The notes beneath the pieces were generated by a model. It did not search any database. It saw only the letters and a program-made list of their open reading frames with translations, and was not told the origin of the DNA. The position numbers were made by a program, and so were the translations under genes. This document shows positions 23,260-36,200 of a stretch of 64,000 nucleotides of DNA, in pieces; position 1 is the stretch's first letter, and every line of letters starts with the position of its first letter. Source of the DNA: Podarcis vaucheri (Eukaryota); NCBI GenBank assembly GCA_965113315.1, contig OZ220375.1. One strand, given 5' to 3'.

Positions 23260-23777
23260 GTGGATAAGACTCCAGTCTGAGTTTTCAGACTCTGTTGCAA
23301 AAGATCAAATGTTTACCTTTCAGCAGCCTTGGAAATTAACGTCAGAGACCACAGCTCTGAACATGCACTCTTTAAATTGACAAAGAGCCACAGGCCCACT
23401 TTGTATCAATTCAATTCACCTTTGGACAACATATTGAGAGGGGAAAGGTTGGTATATGAGTTATAGGGTAACCCAGAGGGCAGTTTGCTTAAATTCTTTG
23501 AAGTACGATAAGGCCAATGTCTATTTGTGCTGATTCTGGGGTGGAGGAATAACTTTGGCAGACTTTGTGTGACAAGATACCCCCTTAACAAATATAATGT
23601 GTAAATATTTTATTAATGTAATTATTAGCAGGGATATTTATTGTGTCCTAACCAAGTATACGACCGCGAGGTGGGTTCTCATTAACCCAACATGCATGCG
23701 ATAAAGTATAAAAGCTCCCCTACCCCTTTGCTCTTTCTACCTTTCGCATCATCAAAGCCCCTAAACAATTTGGAACC
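23260..23777 (+). promoter_or_regulatory. Promoter/5'UTR of albumin-family gene A (liver-type)
   Basis: TATAAAA 23707-23713; HNF1-like TGTAATTATTAGC 23617-23629; DR1/HNF4-like TCACCTTTGGACA 23416-23428; FoxA-like TGTTTAC 23310-23316. All are conserved upstream of gene B. Confidence 0.7.
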
Positions 23778-23862
23778 ATGAAGTGGGTAACATTCATTTC
23801 TTTTCTTTTCTTGGCAAGCTTGGCCGCATCAAAACACCTACCCAGAAGGTACCGGCATGCAG
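23778..23862 (+). CDS. Gene A exon 1 (signal peptide/propeptide)
   Basis: MKWVTFISFLFLASLAASKHLPRRYRHA; donor GTAAG. Confidence 0.95.
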
Positions 23863-26800
23863 GTAAGATGTCATTTTATGTCATATAATGCCATAAACCA
23901 GTTTGCTTTGGTTGGTAAGATTAAAGTTGCCTTTGTGATTTTTTAATGTGGGGGTTGAACCTCATTTTTAATAGCGATAGAAAAGTAAGTCAAGTGCACG
24001 ATAAACACAGGGATTACTAATACATATTAAAGTCACAATGAGTGCAGTCCTGTGGTCCATGGGAGGCTGTCCAAGGTCCATAGGATCAGCTAGACTTCCC
24101 ACTCTTGAGGGTACGGAGAAAGGAAGATCCAGCAGCCAATGTCTCCTCCCTCCACGGTGGGGTCCACTGCTACTTAGAGAGCCAGTGTGGTGTAGTGGTT
24201 AAGAGCGGTAGTCACGTAATCTGGGTAACCGGGTTCGCGTCTCCGCTCCTCCACATGCAGCTGCTGGGTGACCTTGGGCCAGTCACACTTCTGTGAAGTC
24301 TCTCAGCCCCACTCACCTCACAGAGTGTTTGTTGTGGGGGAGGAAGGGAAAGGAGATTGTTAGCCGCTTTGAGACTCCTGAAGGGGAGTGAAAGGCGGGA
24401 TATCAAATCCAAACTCTTCTTCTTCTTCTTCTTCTGATGCTGAAGTGCTGATATTGGGCAAGGCTCATGCATCCCAGAGGCATGATGGGTGCTTACATTC
24501 TCTTTTTAACTAATATGGCTGGAATTCTATACCCATTTACCACTGAGTAAAGCCTACCCAACTCAGTAGTGTTTTGGTCTGAACATATGTGCAAAGGCTT
24601 GTACTACTAGAAGCACTGAGTGAAATTTTGATTATTGTCTTCTTTACAGGACATCAGGACACCATAGCACAAGCTACCGAAGTGACGCCTGATGAGTTTC
24701 GAGGGATGTAAGTCTTTTCAGGAAATTTCTTTCCAAATGACTTGAGCAGATACAGAGGCTATGAACTACCACTAGCTTAATATTCTGGACTGCCAATAAC
24801 AAAATTGTATGAAACTATTATCAAATGAAGCGAGATACATTGGTAAACATTATAATCCAATATTGAGTTGACGAATCAGATTAATTGATTTAAAATCACT
24901 TGGTAAATAAATCGGGTTGCCCTTCAATTATTTTTTCAAGAATTATAATTATTTATCAAATAGGGCCTTACTATAACAAAAACCAACCCCACAGAGGGTA
25001 AGAACTGTCTTAGAAAGGTCACTCCCCATTGTCTCTGATGACCCTAAGGACAGGCTTGGTGTCACCAGTAGGCGCCTTTGGGAAACTGCCAAGATCTTAC
25101 CACCTCTGTGGAGCCCACAATTGTTGGTGTCTTTCATAAGCAAACCTGCATTAATCGGCTGCGTCTGAGAAGCTTCTTTTTTTAAGATTTCAGAAAATCT
25201 GCGGTGTATTCTGCAGTGTTGGGGGGAATTTGAAATGGCAGCTTTCCCACCATTATGACCACTTCAGCAAAGGAAGTCCTCTCAACAAGCCTAGAACAAT
25301 ATCTTCCTATGGCATAACTGTTTAAAGTTATCTGAAAGCAATCACAATCATTTTTATTTAAATGCTACTGTATGCACTACTAGTCAATTAATCTGCTCAA
25401 ACTCATAGAATGAATCTGGGAGGACTTATTAAATAGTGCAATAATCCTGGCTTGACTTATTCTCCATCAATAACTATTTGTACTAGCTGATTACATAAAT
25501 AAGGTCAGCTCCTTCCTAAAGACTGTTTAGTTTCTCTATCTCATGAGGCCCCTATTTCCCCTCTAATATTTCTCATTGCATATTTTGAAAACCAGAGCTC
25601 AGATGCATTCCCATTCCTGGTCTGTTACACAAACTGAGACCCTAGCCACATGGCTATGAAGTTAGGATTTCTTGCCCCAATATATATACAGTGGTACCTC
25701 GGGTTACATACGCTTCAGGTTACATACGCTTCAGGTTACAGACTCTGCTAACCCAGAAATATTGCTTCAGGTTAAGAACTTTGCTTCAGGGTGAGAACAG
25801 AAATTGTGCTCCGGCGGCGCAGCAGCAGCGGGAGGCCCCATTAGCTAAAGTGGTGCTTCAGGTTAAGAACAGTTTCGGGTTAAGTACGGACCTCCCGGAA
25901 CAAATTAAGTACTTAACCCGAGGTACCACTGTAATGGAATCTTTGCTTGCATTGAATTGTATAAATGTCATTTTAATGTCTGTCTACCCAGTTGTGAGAG
26001 ATCTCTTACTATCCCATTTGGTTTTAGCCACCCAAAAGAATGTGCTTGCTCTTAGAAGTCATGTAGAATATTGTTATACACAGAGGGAACATTTTTTCAA
26101 ATAAATCATGTATGATTTTCTAGTGTCCTAGTCATAACCTCTCAAGCCCTGCAACAAGCGACATATGAAGAGGTGTCAAAAGTAAAGAATGATATTGTAG
26201 AACTTCAGAAGAAATGTGCTGCTGATGAAAAATCAGATCCAGAATGTTCAAAGCCTTTGGTAAGTGTTTCGGAGCTGAATTTAGAGAACATAGAAATAAA
26301 ACTGTAAAGAAATGCAGATATATTGGGAACTGATCTATGCAGAGATGTAGCACTCTAAAATGGGGAATTTATTAGTTTTAATAGCAGGTTACATTTCTTG
26401 TTGGAACATATCCAGGTCTACTATCTGATATTCAGGGATCTGGTAAGATACATGTTACAGTATTTTGCTTTCAGATTGTTTTTAACATTTTATGCTTTTA
26501 TTTTATGGTTTCTATCATTTTAATGTTGTCAGCTGCTTTGGTAGGGGCAGTGCAGCAGACTTTGGAGGAAGGCTGGAGATGATAGATGGCCATCTAACCT
26601 CTGCTTAAAAACCCCCAAGGAGGGACAGCCTATGTTTTCAGGTTCTGTCTACTGGCTCAAAATATCTGCCTCTGTTCACTGGCAGGAACATTTTGAGTTA
26701 TAGGTTATCAAAAATATTCATAGACCCCCACCACGTATCAGGACAGTGTACAACAAAGTTTCCATATACAAAATGTACAAAGTACAATAACAACAATATG

Positions 26801-29800
26801 GAACAATTATAAAGATGACTAGTTCATCTTTAAAAAGTTTCAGCAGAATAGACCTACCAACACAAAAATGTCTTCAAGAAATGTCTGACGATTAATAGTG
26901 AGGATGCCTGCTAAATTTCTGCTGGAATAGTTTTCCACAACATGGGATCCATGACCCTATATGTCCAACTTCTACTTGAAGCTAATCAGGCTTTTGAAAA
27001 CTAGAGGGCAACTCTTCCAGATGATCTCAGTGATCAAACAGGAAAATAAGGGCTCATGCATTCTAGCGGTTTATAAACCAACTTAACTTTTCAATAAATC
27101 TGTCTGGTGACTGTCCTTTAAACCATGTAGAATATAGAAACTTAATTCTATGGACAACTGCCAGTTTAACATTTAAGAGGCTTATATGCCCCCCCCCCGC
27201 AAAAAAGATGTTTTCTTTATGTGGACTAAGCAAACAGGCGACTGCAATTGCAACCAATTAAGAGAACACTTTGCTTCCCTCCACCAGGGTACCGTTTTTC
27301 TGGATGAAATTTGTCACGAGCAAGAAATTATTGCGAAATATGGATTTGCTGACTGCTGTGCTAAAGTTGATCCAGAAAGAAAAGACTGTATTCTGGCCCA
27401 TAAAAATGGAACTCAAGGATTCATTCCTCCCTTTCAAAAACCATCTGCAGAGGAGGGCTGCAAAGCATTTGAAGCAGACCCAGATCAAACCTTGGGAAGG
27501 TAAGTAGATTGATTCAGTGCTGTAACTTTGAGGAGTTGGTTGCCCTTTGTGAGAGGAATGAAACGAAGATAAGACGTACAAGTTTCTATTTCAAATCATC
27601 TATCCGATAATTGCAAATTCTGACTGCTACTTCATGCAAGCTGTCAAAAATGAAAGATAACCTCACCTCCAAACAGCTGTGCTCCTTCATCAATGTCTTA
27701 GCCAGCCAGTCTGTAATTTATCCCCACCTTCTCCTGGCCAGGGTTCTAGCTTGCTGACCAGACACACTCTCGTCTAGGAATTGCCATTCCATTCTCACCT
27801 ATTTCCTCTTTTTCTTTTCAAACTAACACTTGATATGCTGTGGCAGCTGAGGATGCTCAGTCCTTACCAGGCTGGTGTGTGGTGGGATATCTGGCATTGT
27901 TTTGTTTTGTTTTTTGTTTTGTTGTCTGCAAATCTTGGTGGCATGACCATGCTTCTCAATGGTTCTGTTTGGGCTTCATAGGCATCTGAATGGATTGCTT
28001 GAGTTTGTTATTGGAGGAAGTGATGTGGAATGCTACAAACTGACAAATCTCCTGCAATGAAATCTCTTGGATTTAAGTAGCCCACTTGCGTGCACAGTTG
28101 CAGCCCGGGGCTCCATTGCGGGAATTTGAATTTATTTGTCTTTCCTTCTTCTTAGTAGTCTTGGATAAATGATTGCCCTCCCTCTGCTTTATATCATCAT
28201 CTTAATTTATAAAGGTGCTGACTACCACATTCTTTCATGCAAGAAAGTGCAGTTTGTTTTATTGAAAGGCAACTTTTTATCCTAGGTATGTCTATGCAAT
28301 TGCCAGAAGACACCCTTTTTCAAAGACCTCCAGCATCTTTGCAGGAGCTGGAAAATATAAGGAGGTACTGACAACTTGCTGCAAGGAAGCTGACAAAGAT
28401 GCCTGCTTTGCAGAAAAGGTATTCCGTTATCATCCAAATAATGTAGCTGATGGTTAAGGAATTTACCTCTGCTAGGTTCTTAGGATATTTTTTTCCTACC
28501 TGCTTAGACTACTGGTCAATCTAGCCAAATCTTGTCTACTCCTGGGATTCACACAGTAGGTTTTTTTCTTTCCCTTCCCTACACCAATCTAAACATTTTC
28601 TTTCTAAATGCCAAGGATTGGAACCTGAGGCCTTCTGCATATAAAGCAGGTGTTTTATCCCCAAAGCACAGTCTCTGCCATAATTCTTCCTCAGACTTTG
28701 GCATTCCCCTGTACGGGGGGGGGGGGGGTAACAGAATGCAAAATGTTAGAACCTATGGCACTTCCTGGTTTTTGTGAAAACTAAGTAACATGATGCAACT
28801 TGTAATTTACTTATTTTTAAATAAACTTATTAAAAATCCCTTTTGCAATAAAAAAGCATTGGCCCTGATTAACTGGAACACCCTCCCACAATATAAATGC
28901 CCCAACCTCTAGGCCAGCCCAATGCAAGTCAAAACTCTCTCGCATGCTCTCTCCCACTCTTTCCTGCCCTTTTCTTGCCATAATTGCTGCTTGGACACTC
29001 ACTGCAGGCAAAACTAAGTCTTCTAGCCGTTATACTAATACAAGCTTATACAACATTGAATACTATGCACCAATTTGATGCTAGAAGCAGTTGTCAATTA
29101 CCATTCCTATCCAGCTATGTTAGTTGCTCATTTGGCTGCCAGTAATGTCACTAGAAGGGAAGGAGAAATAGATGATAGATAGATGATAGATAGATGATAG
29201 ATAGATAGATAGATAGATAGATGATAGATAGATGATGGATAGATGATAGATAGATAGATTCCAATGGAATTCAATGAAACTTAAAAGTGTTTTAACTTGC
29301 CCAATAGTTTTGCAATGGATGTTGTTGTGGAACTATTTTTTTTTAAAAAAAATACTTTACATTTGCGTGTTCAGACCCAGAAATTTCCCCCTAAATAAAT
29401 TCACACTTGACTCAAATTTTAGTTTGGATCTTGGCAGAATTTAGGCCACAACTTTATTGATTACAGAAAGTGACTGGTTGCATAGGCTCTGGTTCAACTA
29501 GCTCCCTGCCATGCAGGTAGAGCTGACCCAGGATTCCAGCATAGGTCAGCCAAGGGTGAAAACCTGGATAGGCAGAAAGTCGGGAACAAACTATGTCCGC
29601 CACCCAAATGTCCCCCTGGACTCAGGCACGGGCACAACCCCCTCTCAAGGGTTGACCAAACCATTTGAGTCTCTGGATTCCTTTAACAGAATACCCTTCA
29701 CATAGGGATGGCCTATCCTGAACCAGGGCCTAGCTGCAACCTTACAAGTTGTGATGATTTGCTATGTGGCAGGTGAAACCTAAATGGCAACAGCCAATCA

Positions 29801-32800
29801 GCCAAGTGGGGGAAATTCCTACCGTGCCCCTGTCCCAACAACAGACAACACACAACGGCATAGCAAGGTCAAGCACAAAGCCCTAAAAGTAGGGAGAGGT
29901 GGGCAGGTGTTCCGAATGCATGCGCCAAAAGAGGAAGGTCTGGGTCACGTGCATGGGTATATAAAGGTCCCTCGATCCATTTGGACTGCGCCCATTGGCC
30001 AGATTGAACCCAGCTATGAGGGACCTACCAATCAGGTGTTGCGGCTTACCAATCTTACCCTCCTACAACACAGGGATTCAGTTTCCAAGTCTCACCGCAA
30101 CACATGCCCTCTTTAAGGGAGGACACGATTTCCACCCTATCCTATTTTTTTTAGAATGAGTCAAGCACATTTTCCTTCTGAATTCCATTTTTGTTGTTGT
30201 CATCATCGTTATTGTTGTTAAAGTGTTGTTGTTGTCATTGCTACAGGCAACAGAAGTCACAAAGTATATGAGAAAAGAGTTTGCTCGACAAAAGCAGATA
30301 TGCTCTGTCCACAGGAAGCTTGGAGAACTGCCCCTGCGGGCTCTGTAAGTTTAGCTGCATTGGGGGTAGTAAGGGGGTGAGGTGGGGCAGAGTGAATTAC
30401 CTACATAGATTAAGCGTTCCCGAGAAAGTAAAAAATGAGACTAAAATATATCCCTGCAAACCATGTGCCAAATGCACTTGTTTCTCGGATAGCATCCTTT
30501 TGAGGTGTTCATAGTATTATAGCATCAGGAAAGAGCAATGTGAACATCAGAAAAGTTCCTGGGACATGACACTTTATCTAGCAGGAAGGAAGGAAGAAAG
30601 AATATGGGGGGTTCACAGGATGCTAAATTTTGTACCCAAAATTTTGAAGCTTTTATCTTCTTGTGTGGAGCCATGGAAAGCAACACACACAAGCACACAG
30701 CCCAGATAGGTAGGATTTCTAACACACACACACACACACACATACACACACCATGTTTGATTGAAGGGCACAATATGTTTATCCTACTGATAATACTAGA
30801 ATTAAATTGTAGCTGCCATCCATCTCTCTTGGCACAATCACAACATTTTGTTTATTTTCTTTTCAGAAAAGTTGCTCAGCTCAGTCAAAAGTTTCCAAAG
30901 GCAGATTTCCCTACAGTTCTCAAGCTTTCTGCAGATATTGTACATGCCTACACAGAATGCTGCAAGGGCGATACTCTGGAGTGCTTGCTTGATAGGGTAA
31001 GTTTTGTCAATTTCAATGTAATTGACTTCAACTCAGCAATACATTCTTGCTCAGAAAAGCCAGTTGTTTGCAGTGGCGTAGCGTGGGGGGTGCAGGGGGG
31101 GCCAGCCGCACCGGGCGCAACATCTGGGGGCGGCGCGCTCACGCTCGCACTCTCAGCTCTCTGCCCCTACCTGGCTCACTCACTCTCTCTCACTGCAGTG
31201 CTGGCTGTGCGAATCCAATCCGAGCCGCCGGGTCACCGCCTACTGTGGAGGGGGGTGCCAGGCGTGCGGTGTGGAGAGAGAGCGAGGGACTATCTGGGGG
31301 AGGGACAGTGCAGCGGCCGCACAGCGCAGCTCTGAGCGCGGGAGAGAACCACACCAGACCAGACCAGGCAGCAGCAAGAAGAAGCTGGCAGCGGCGGCAG
31401 GTTAGGGGTTAGGGGGCGCAAATTACTTGCCTTGCCCCGGGTGCTGACAACCCACGCTACGCCACTGGTTGTTTGGCATTTGCTGAATTTAGAACAGAGC
31501 TGGGTCAGGCAGGCAGCCATAAGGCTTGTAGGACCTATTCTTTTCTGTGCTTATGTGTGCTCATTTATGCATATCCTCCTCCTCCTCCTCATATTTATTT
31601 TTATTGTGCCTTTTTCCCTGGCTGGGACTCGCAGCAGCTTACAGATAAAATAGTAACAGAAAAGAACACGTGGTGTTGGGGGGGATCAATAATTAAAAAC
31701 AACAATTAAACATTCATAAAGTTAAAACTGAACATATATCAGTCGGTGCTCCAAAGCCTGTAGGAATAGAAAAGTAGTCTTTGTCTTTATAAACTCTGCT
31801 GTGAAAGAATCGGCTGTGAGAAAATGAACTGCATTTGAATCTCTGTGTTTACTGACCAGAAACAATGACAAGTTTCATTCCTGTGCCCATTGCGCCTTGG
31901 TCCCAGTCAGGCCAATGTAAAAGTGATAAATTTATTTCAGTTGAAATAAGTTTATTTCAGTTATGGTTTTGTGACTTGCGTTAATATCCAGGATAATAAT
32001 TGTTATATTGCATAATAATAGTGATACAACAACAGATACTAACTTTCCCAGCTACTCGGGGTCTGCCAGATCACTGCCATAAATATTGACCAGATCCTTT
32101 CTTACAGGCTGACGTGTCAAAGTACATCTGTTCACATCAAGCCACTCTATCTTCTAAAGTGCACGACTGCTGTGAAAAAAGCCTGATGGAACAAGGAGAT
32201 TGCATAGCCCATTCGGAAAATGATGACAAGCCTGCAGATCTGTCTCCCACTGTCAGAGAATTCATTGATAACAAAGAAGTGTGCAAACACTATGCTGACA
32301 ACCATGCTCTTCATCAGGCAAAGTATGCCATAGAAATCCCACACAATCTTTCATTCAATCCTACAGGGAGTTTTGAGTTTCAGCGAAACATGCAAACAGG
32401 GTGTTGAAGTGTGACGGGGGGGGGGAGAGTCAGTTGGATATAACGATCTGAGCAAATAAATTTCCCCAAACAAGGACTGGAACAAAGTTGCAGGGAGAAA
32501 AGAGCGAGAAGGCATGAGAGAGTAGAGAAGGAGCAGGCTGGGGCAGGGAAGAGGAAAGCTAAGTTGTTACAGAAGCAAGTACAGAAATTCTTCCTCCACT
32601 CTGTCCACTCAAATGGCTTACTCCACAGGGAGAGTGGCGCACAGACTAGGACTTCTGTATGATCACAGTAGTTTTCTGGGAGGGAGGAGAGCTCAGATAG
32701 CATTTGCTTTTGTTGTTGTTGTTGACAGCAGTAGTAGTTTTTGTAGATGTTCTTGATATCATTATGAGTTATCTTTCCAAGGCTAATGTGGCAAAATTCA

Positions 32801-33178
32801 ATAGGGGAGAGGGGCAGAGAGCGGCCCAACAGTGACATCCGTCTTTTCCCCATATAATATTCCTGGAAGCAACACAATGTGATCACTCTGCCAAATCTCC
32901 TCTGTTGTGTAAAGAAAACTCTGTCCTTGATTTGGATCAGGAGTGCCTGAAACATTCTCTCCCCCTCTCTCTCACACACACCTGAATATTAATTGGGAGT
33001 TTCATATCTAATGTGCATGAAAGCTGGAAGTATTGCTGAGATATACAGTATTTGAAGTTATTTGAACATTAAGCCAAAACTGGGAACCTCAGACCAGGGA
33101 CCAAATGTGACTTGCAAAGCTTCAATACTGCACCAGATTGGCTAGGGCAATCTGGCTGGGAATAACAACAACAACAGC

Positions 33179-33222
<44 letters not shown>

Positions 33223-36200
33223 ACAAACAAACAAACAAACAAACTATACAGGCCACACCCCTTACTAGCCTCATCTTCCTTCGAGGACTTTTGCCTGGAC
33301 AGAACATGTCCTTTAACTCAAATAATGCTGTACAAATGTACAATTCAAATGTATTGCTGCAATTACTTTTGACTCTAGCCCTATACACCCCTGGCAGTGC
33401 CTCCTCTCCCTCCCACCCACCAAAGGTTGCTGAGAAGGGAATGTAGCCCTCAGGCTGAAAAGTGTTCCTTTTCAGCGTTTATTTCTGTTGGTGTTAACAT
33501 TGTCATCCTCATCTTCATACTCTGTTAATGGGATATTTCCTCTGTTTCAGGTTTGTGCATGAATATTCAAGGAGACACCCTGAGTTATCCCCAGAGTTGC
33601 TTGTGAGACTTGGCAAAGGCTACGGTGATTTGTTGGAGAAGTGCTGTGCTCTTGAGAATGTTGTGGAGTGCCTTGGCCATGGGGTGGGTTATGATTCATC
33701 TCCATACAAAGGATATTTGCTTGTTTCCTGATACGCAGAAGACAGGTTGTGAACATTTTGTAGGAGAGATAGAACTAGCTCTTACAAAGCAGGGATATCT
33801 CCTAGGACTACCTTGGATGCAAAGAATTGGACCTGGGAACTTTAGGATGGCAAAGCAACCCTTTGGTGTCAGGCATTGCCTATGTTCAGATCACGGAAAG
33901 AAAATTTCCTAAGGTGCATGTTTTTAAGTAAAATGATATAATTCACTCCACTCAGAGTAATGCGTAGAACTAAATGTAATCACCCTGTGGATTTCACATT
34001 TCTCTGAATTGTTGGTCCTGTACCAAAAATGTACAAAAGGGATGTTTGGAAATGTGAGTGTTAAGATAAAATTTGCACTTAAAGACACATTTTGCCATAA
34101 ATATGACTTTCCTTTGTCACCTCATAATAGGCTATTGCCATCCTTTAGCTCCCTCAAATGGATTCTTCTGTGTTGCCTCTTACACTGTAGGAAATGATGC
34201 TGTGAAATTTCATGTTTAGCCATTTTTATGTTTTAAAAAATGCCTTTGTCAATCCTCATCTATGTTTACCTTCAATAAAGCTCTTGTCTTCTTTTGCATA
34301 AAAGGCATGTTACAGAGCCTGTTCAAACTTCCTCTCAAAGCTGCATTTTTTCTTATAGTTCTGCTCTTAAAAAATGTACGTATATCAGAAATTCTCCTTT
34401 CTTTCAGGAAGCAGAGCTCAAAAAACACATTTCTGACACCCTAGAAGTGATGAAGAAAAACTGTGAACTGCATGCGACAGCAGGAGACTACCTCTTCCAA
34501 AATGAGTATGTTTTTTATTGTCATAAGATTTCCAGCTTGTGAAAGGGGGCAAGATGCTCAACAATTCATGTGAGCTCAGGATGCAAAAAACCTTTCTGAG
34601 ACAAAACAACTTCAATGATTGCCCCCGCATCTGTTGAAGATTAAAAATTCTAGCTGTTGCGCATCTCTCAGTAATTCACTGTCAGCTAAGTAATATGATG
34701 TCCTACTAGCTGTGTAACAAAAATCAGGGTAAAAACTATCTGTGTGTTTGCTTAGGTAGAAACAGAAGGCTTTGTGGGGATGGGAAGAGCTCATGAAATG
34801 AAACTCCTTTTCCCCATAGTCCCACCATAGTCCTTTAAAAGAAGCCTCGCTTGTCTTCTCAAACCTGAGAAAGGCAATGAAATTTCCTCATTACTGCAAG
34901 GGGGGGGTTAAGCCAGGACTTGCAGGAACTCAGTTCCAGCACCTCTCAGGTGGGCGCCATTGCCATTCTAAGAAAACGAAGGAGGCATTCACTGTGAGTT
35001 CCGGCACCTCCTTTTCTAGAAAAATAGCACTGTTGCAAGCCCACCTCAGATGAGCATGGCATCCCAAATGTCCTCTGACTAAGATCTCTTTGCAGATTGC
35101 TCGTTTCCTACACCAAGAAAGCACCCCAGCTGACATTTGACCAACTGTACGAATACACCAAGGGACTCACGAAAGCTGCTGCCAAATGCTGCCACGAAGA
35201 TGAAGCCCACAAGCTGCCATGTGCTGAGAAATATGTGAGCGTTTTCTTCTCCATATTTGCCTCTGTGTCTGTCCTTGCCCCTTTCCTTCCCACCCACCAC
35301 CTCAGAATTCCATTAAGTGCCCAAACTGTTTGGGGATTTAAATGTAATGGCAAGCTGTTGGAATCGGGCTGAGAAGTACAGAACAGCCATGGTCAGCCCA
35401 AGATATTGCAACGTCTCTGGTGAAGTACGAAATGACATCCCTCTTATTCCATTTATGATGCCAGTCACAATAGCATCAGGTTCTTGCTGGTAACAGGATA
35501 GCATCGTCCACTGCATCTAAGGGCACAGGTTTGATCAGAGGCCATAGAAGCAGAGATGTGCCCATTGCCTGCCCCTCATCACTTGCTTCCTAGGGATGGG
35601 CCATCTAGAAGAGCAACGAATGCTGGAGTATCATGCTCCAAACCATGAGACCCTCTACCCCTCATAACATCCCTTCCTTTTTGCATGTTGCAAAAATCTA
35701 ATCTGCATGTGACATAATAATAATAGTAATAATTTTATTACTTATACTCCGCCTATCTGGCTGGGTTTCCCCAGCCATTCTGGGTGGCTTACAGAACATA
35801 TAAAAGCATAGTACAAACATTTCATACTGGGTGTGGACTTCATGTCAATGGTGGCTATGGCCCAAGGCGACACCTTTCACAAACTTGCAAGATACACGCA
35901 CAGAGCATTCACATGTGTACAGTACAAAATTAGACACTTTCGCCATGCACTGCATTACAATGAGAATGCATATCTGATTATTAAGCTAATGACTGGGAGG
36001 GGCAATTTCTATCCCTATCATGACAATGGACTTTTTGGAGAGGTTGAATGCCTAGCTCAGCTTTAGAATACAAATGAAAATAACTGCCCAAAGGTACTCT
36101 TCACACATCCCCCTCCACAGTGCTAGTATTATCACTGCCCCTCCCCAAATGATATATGCTTCAATTTGCTTGCATTTTTTTTCTAAACTAAAATGCAGTC

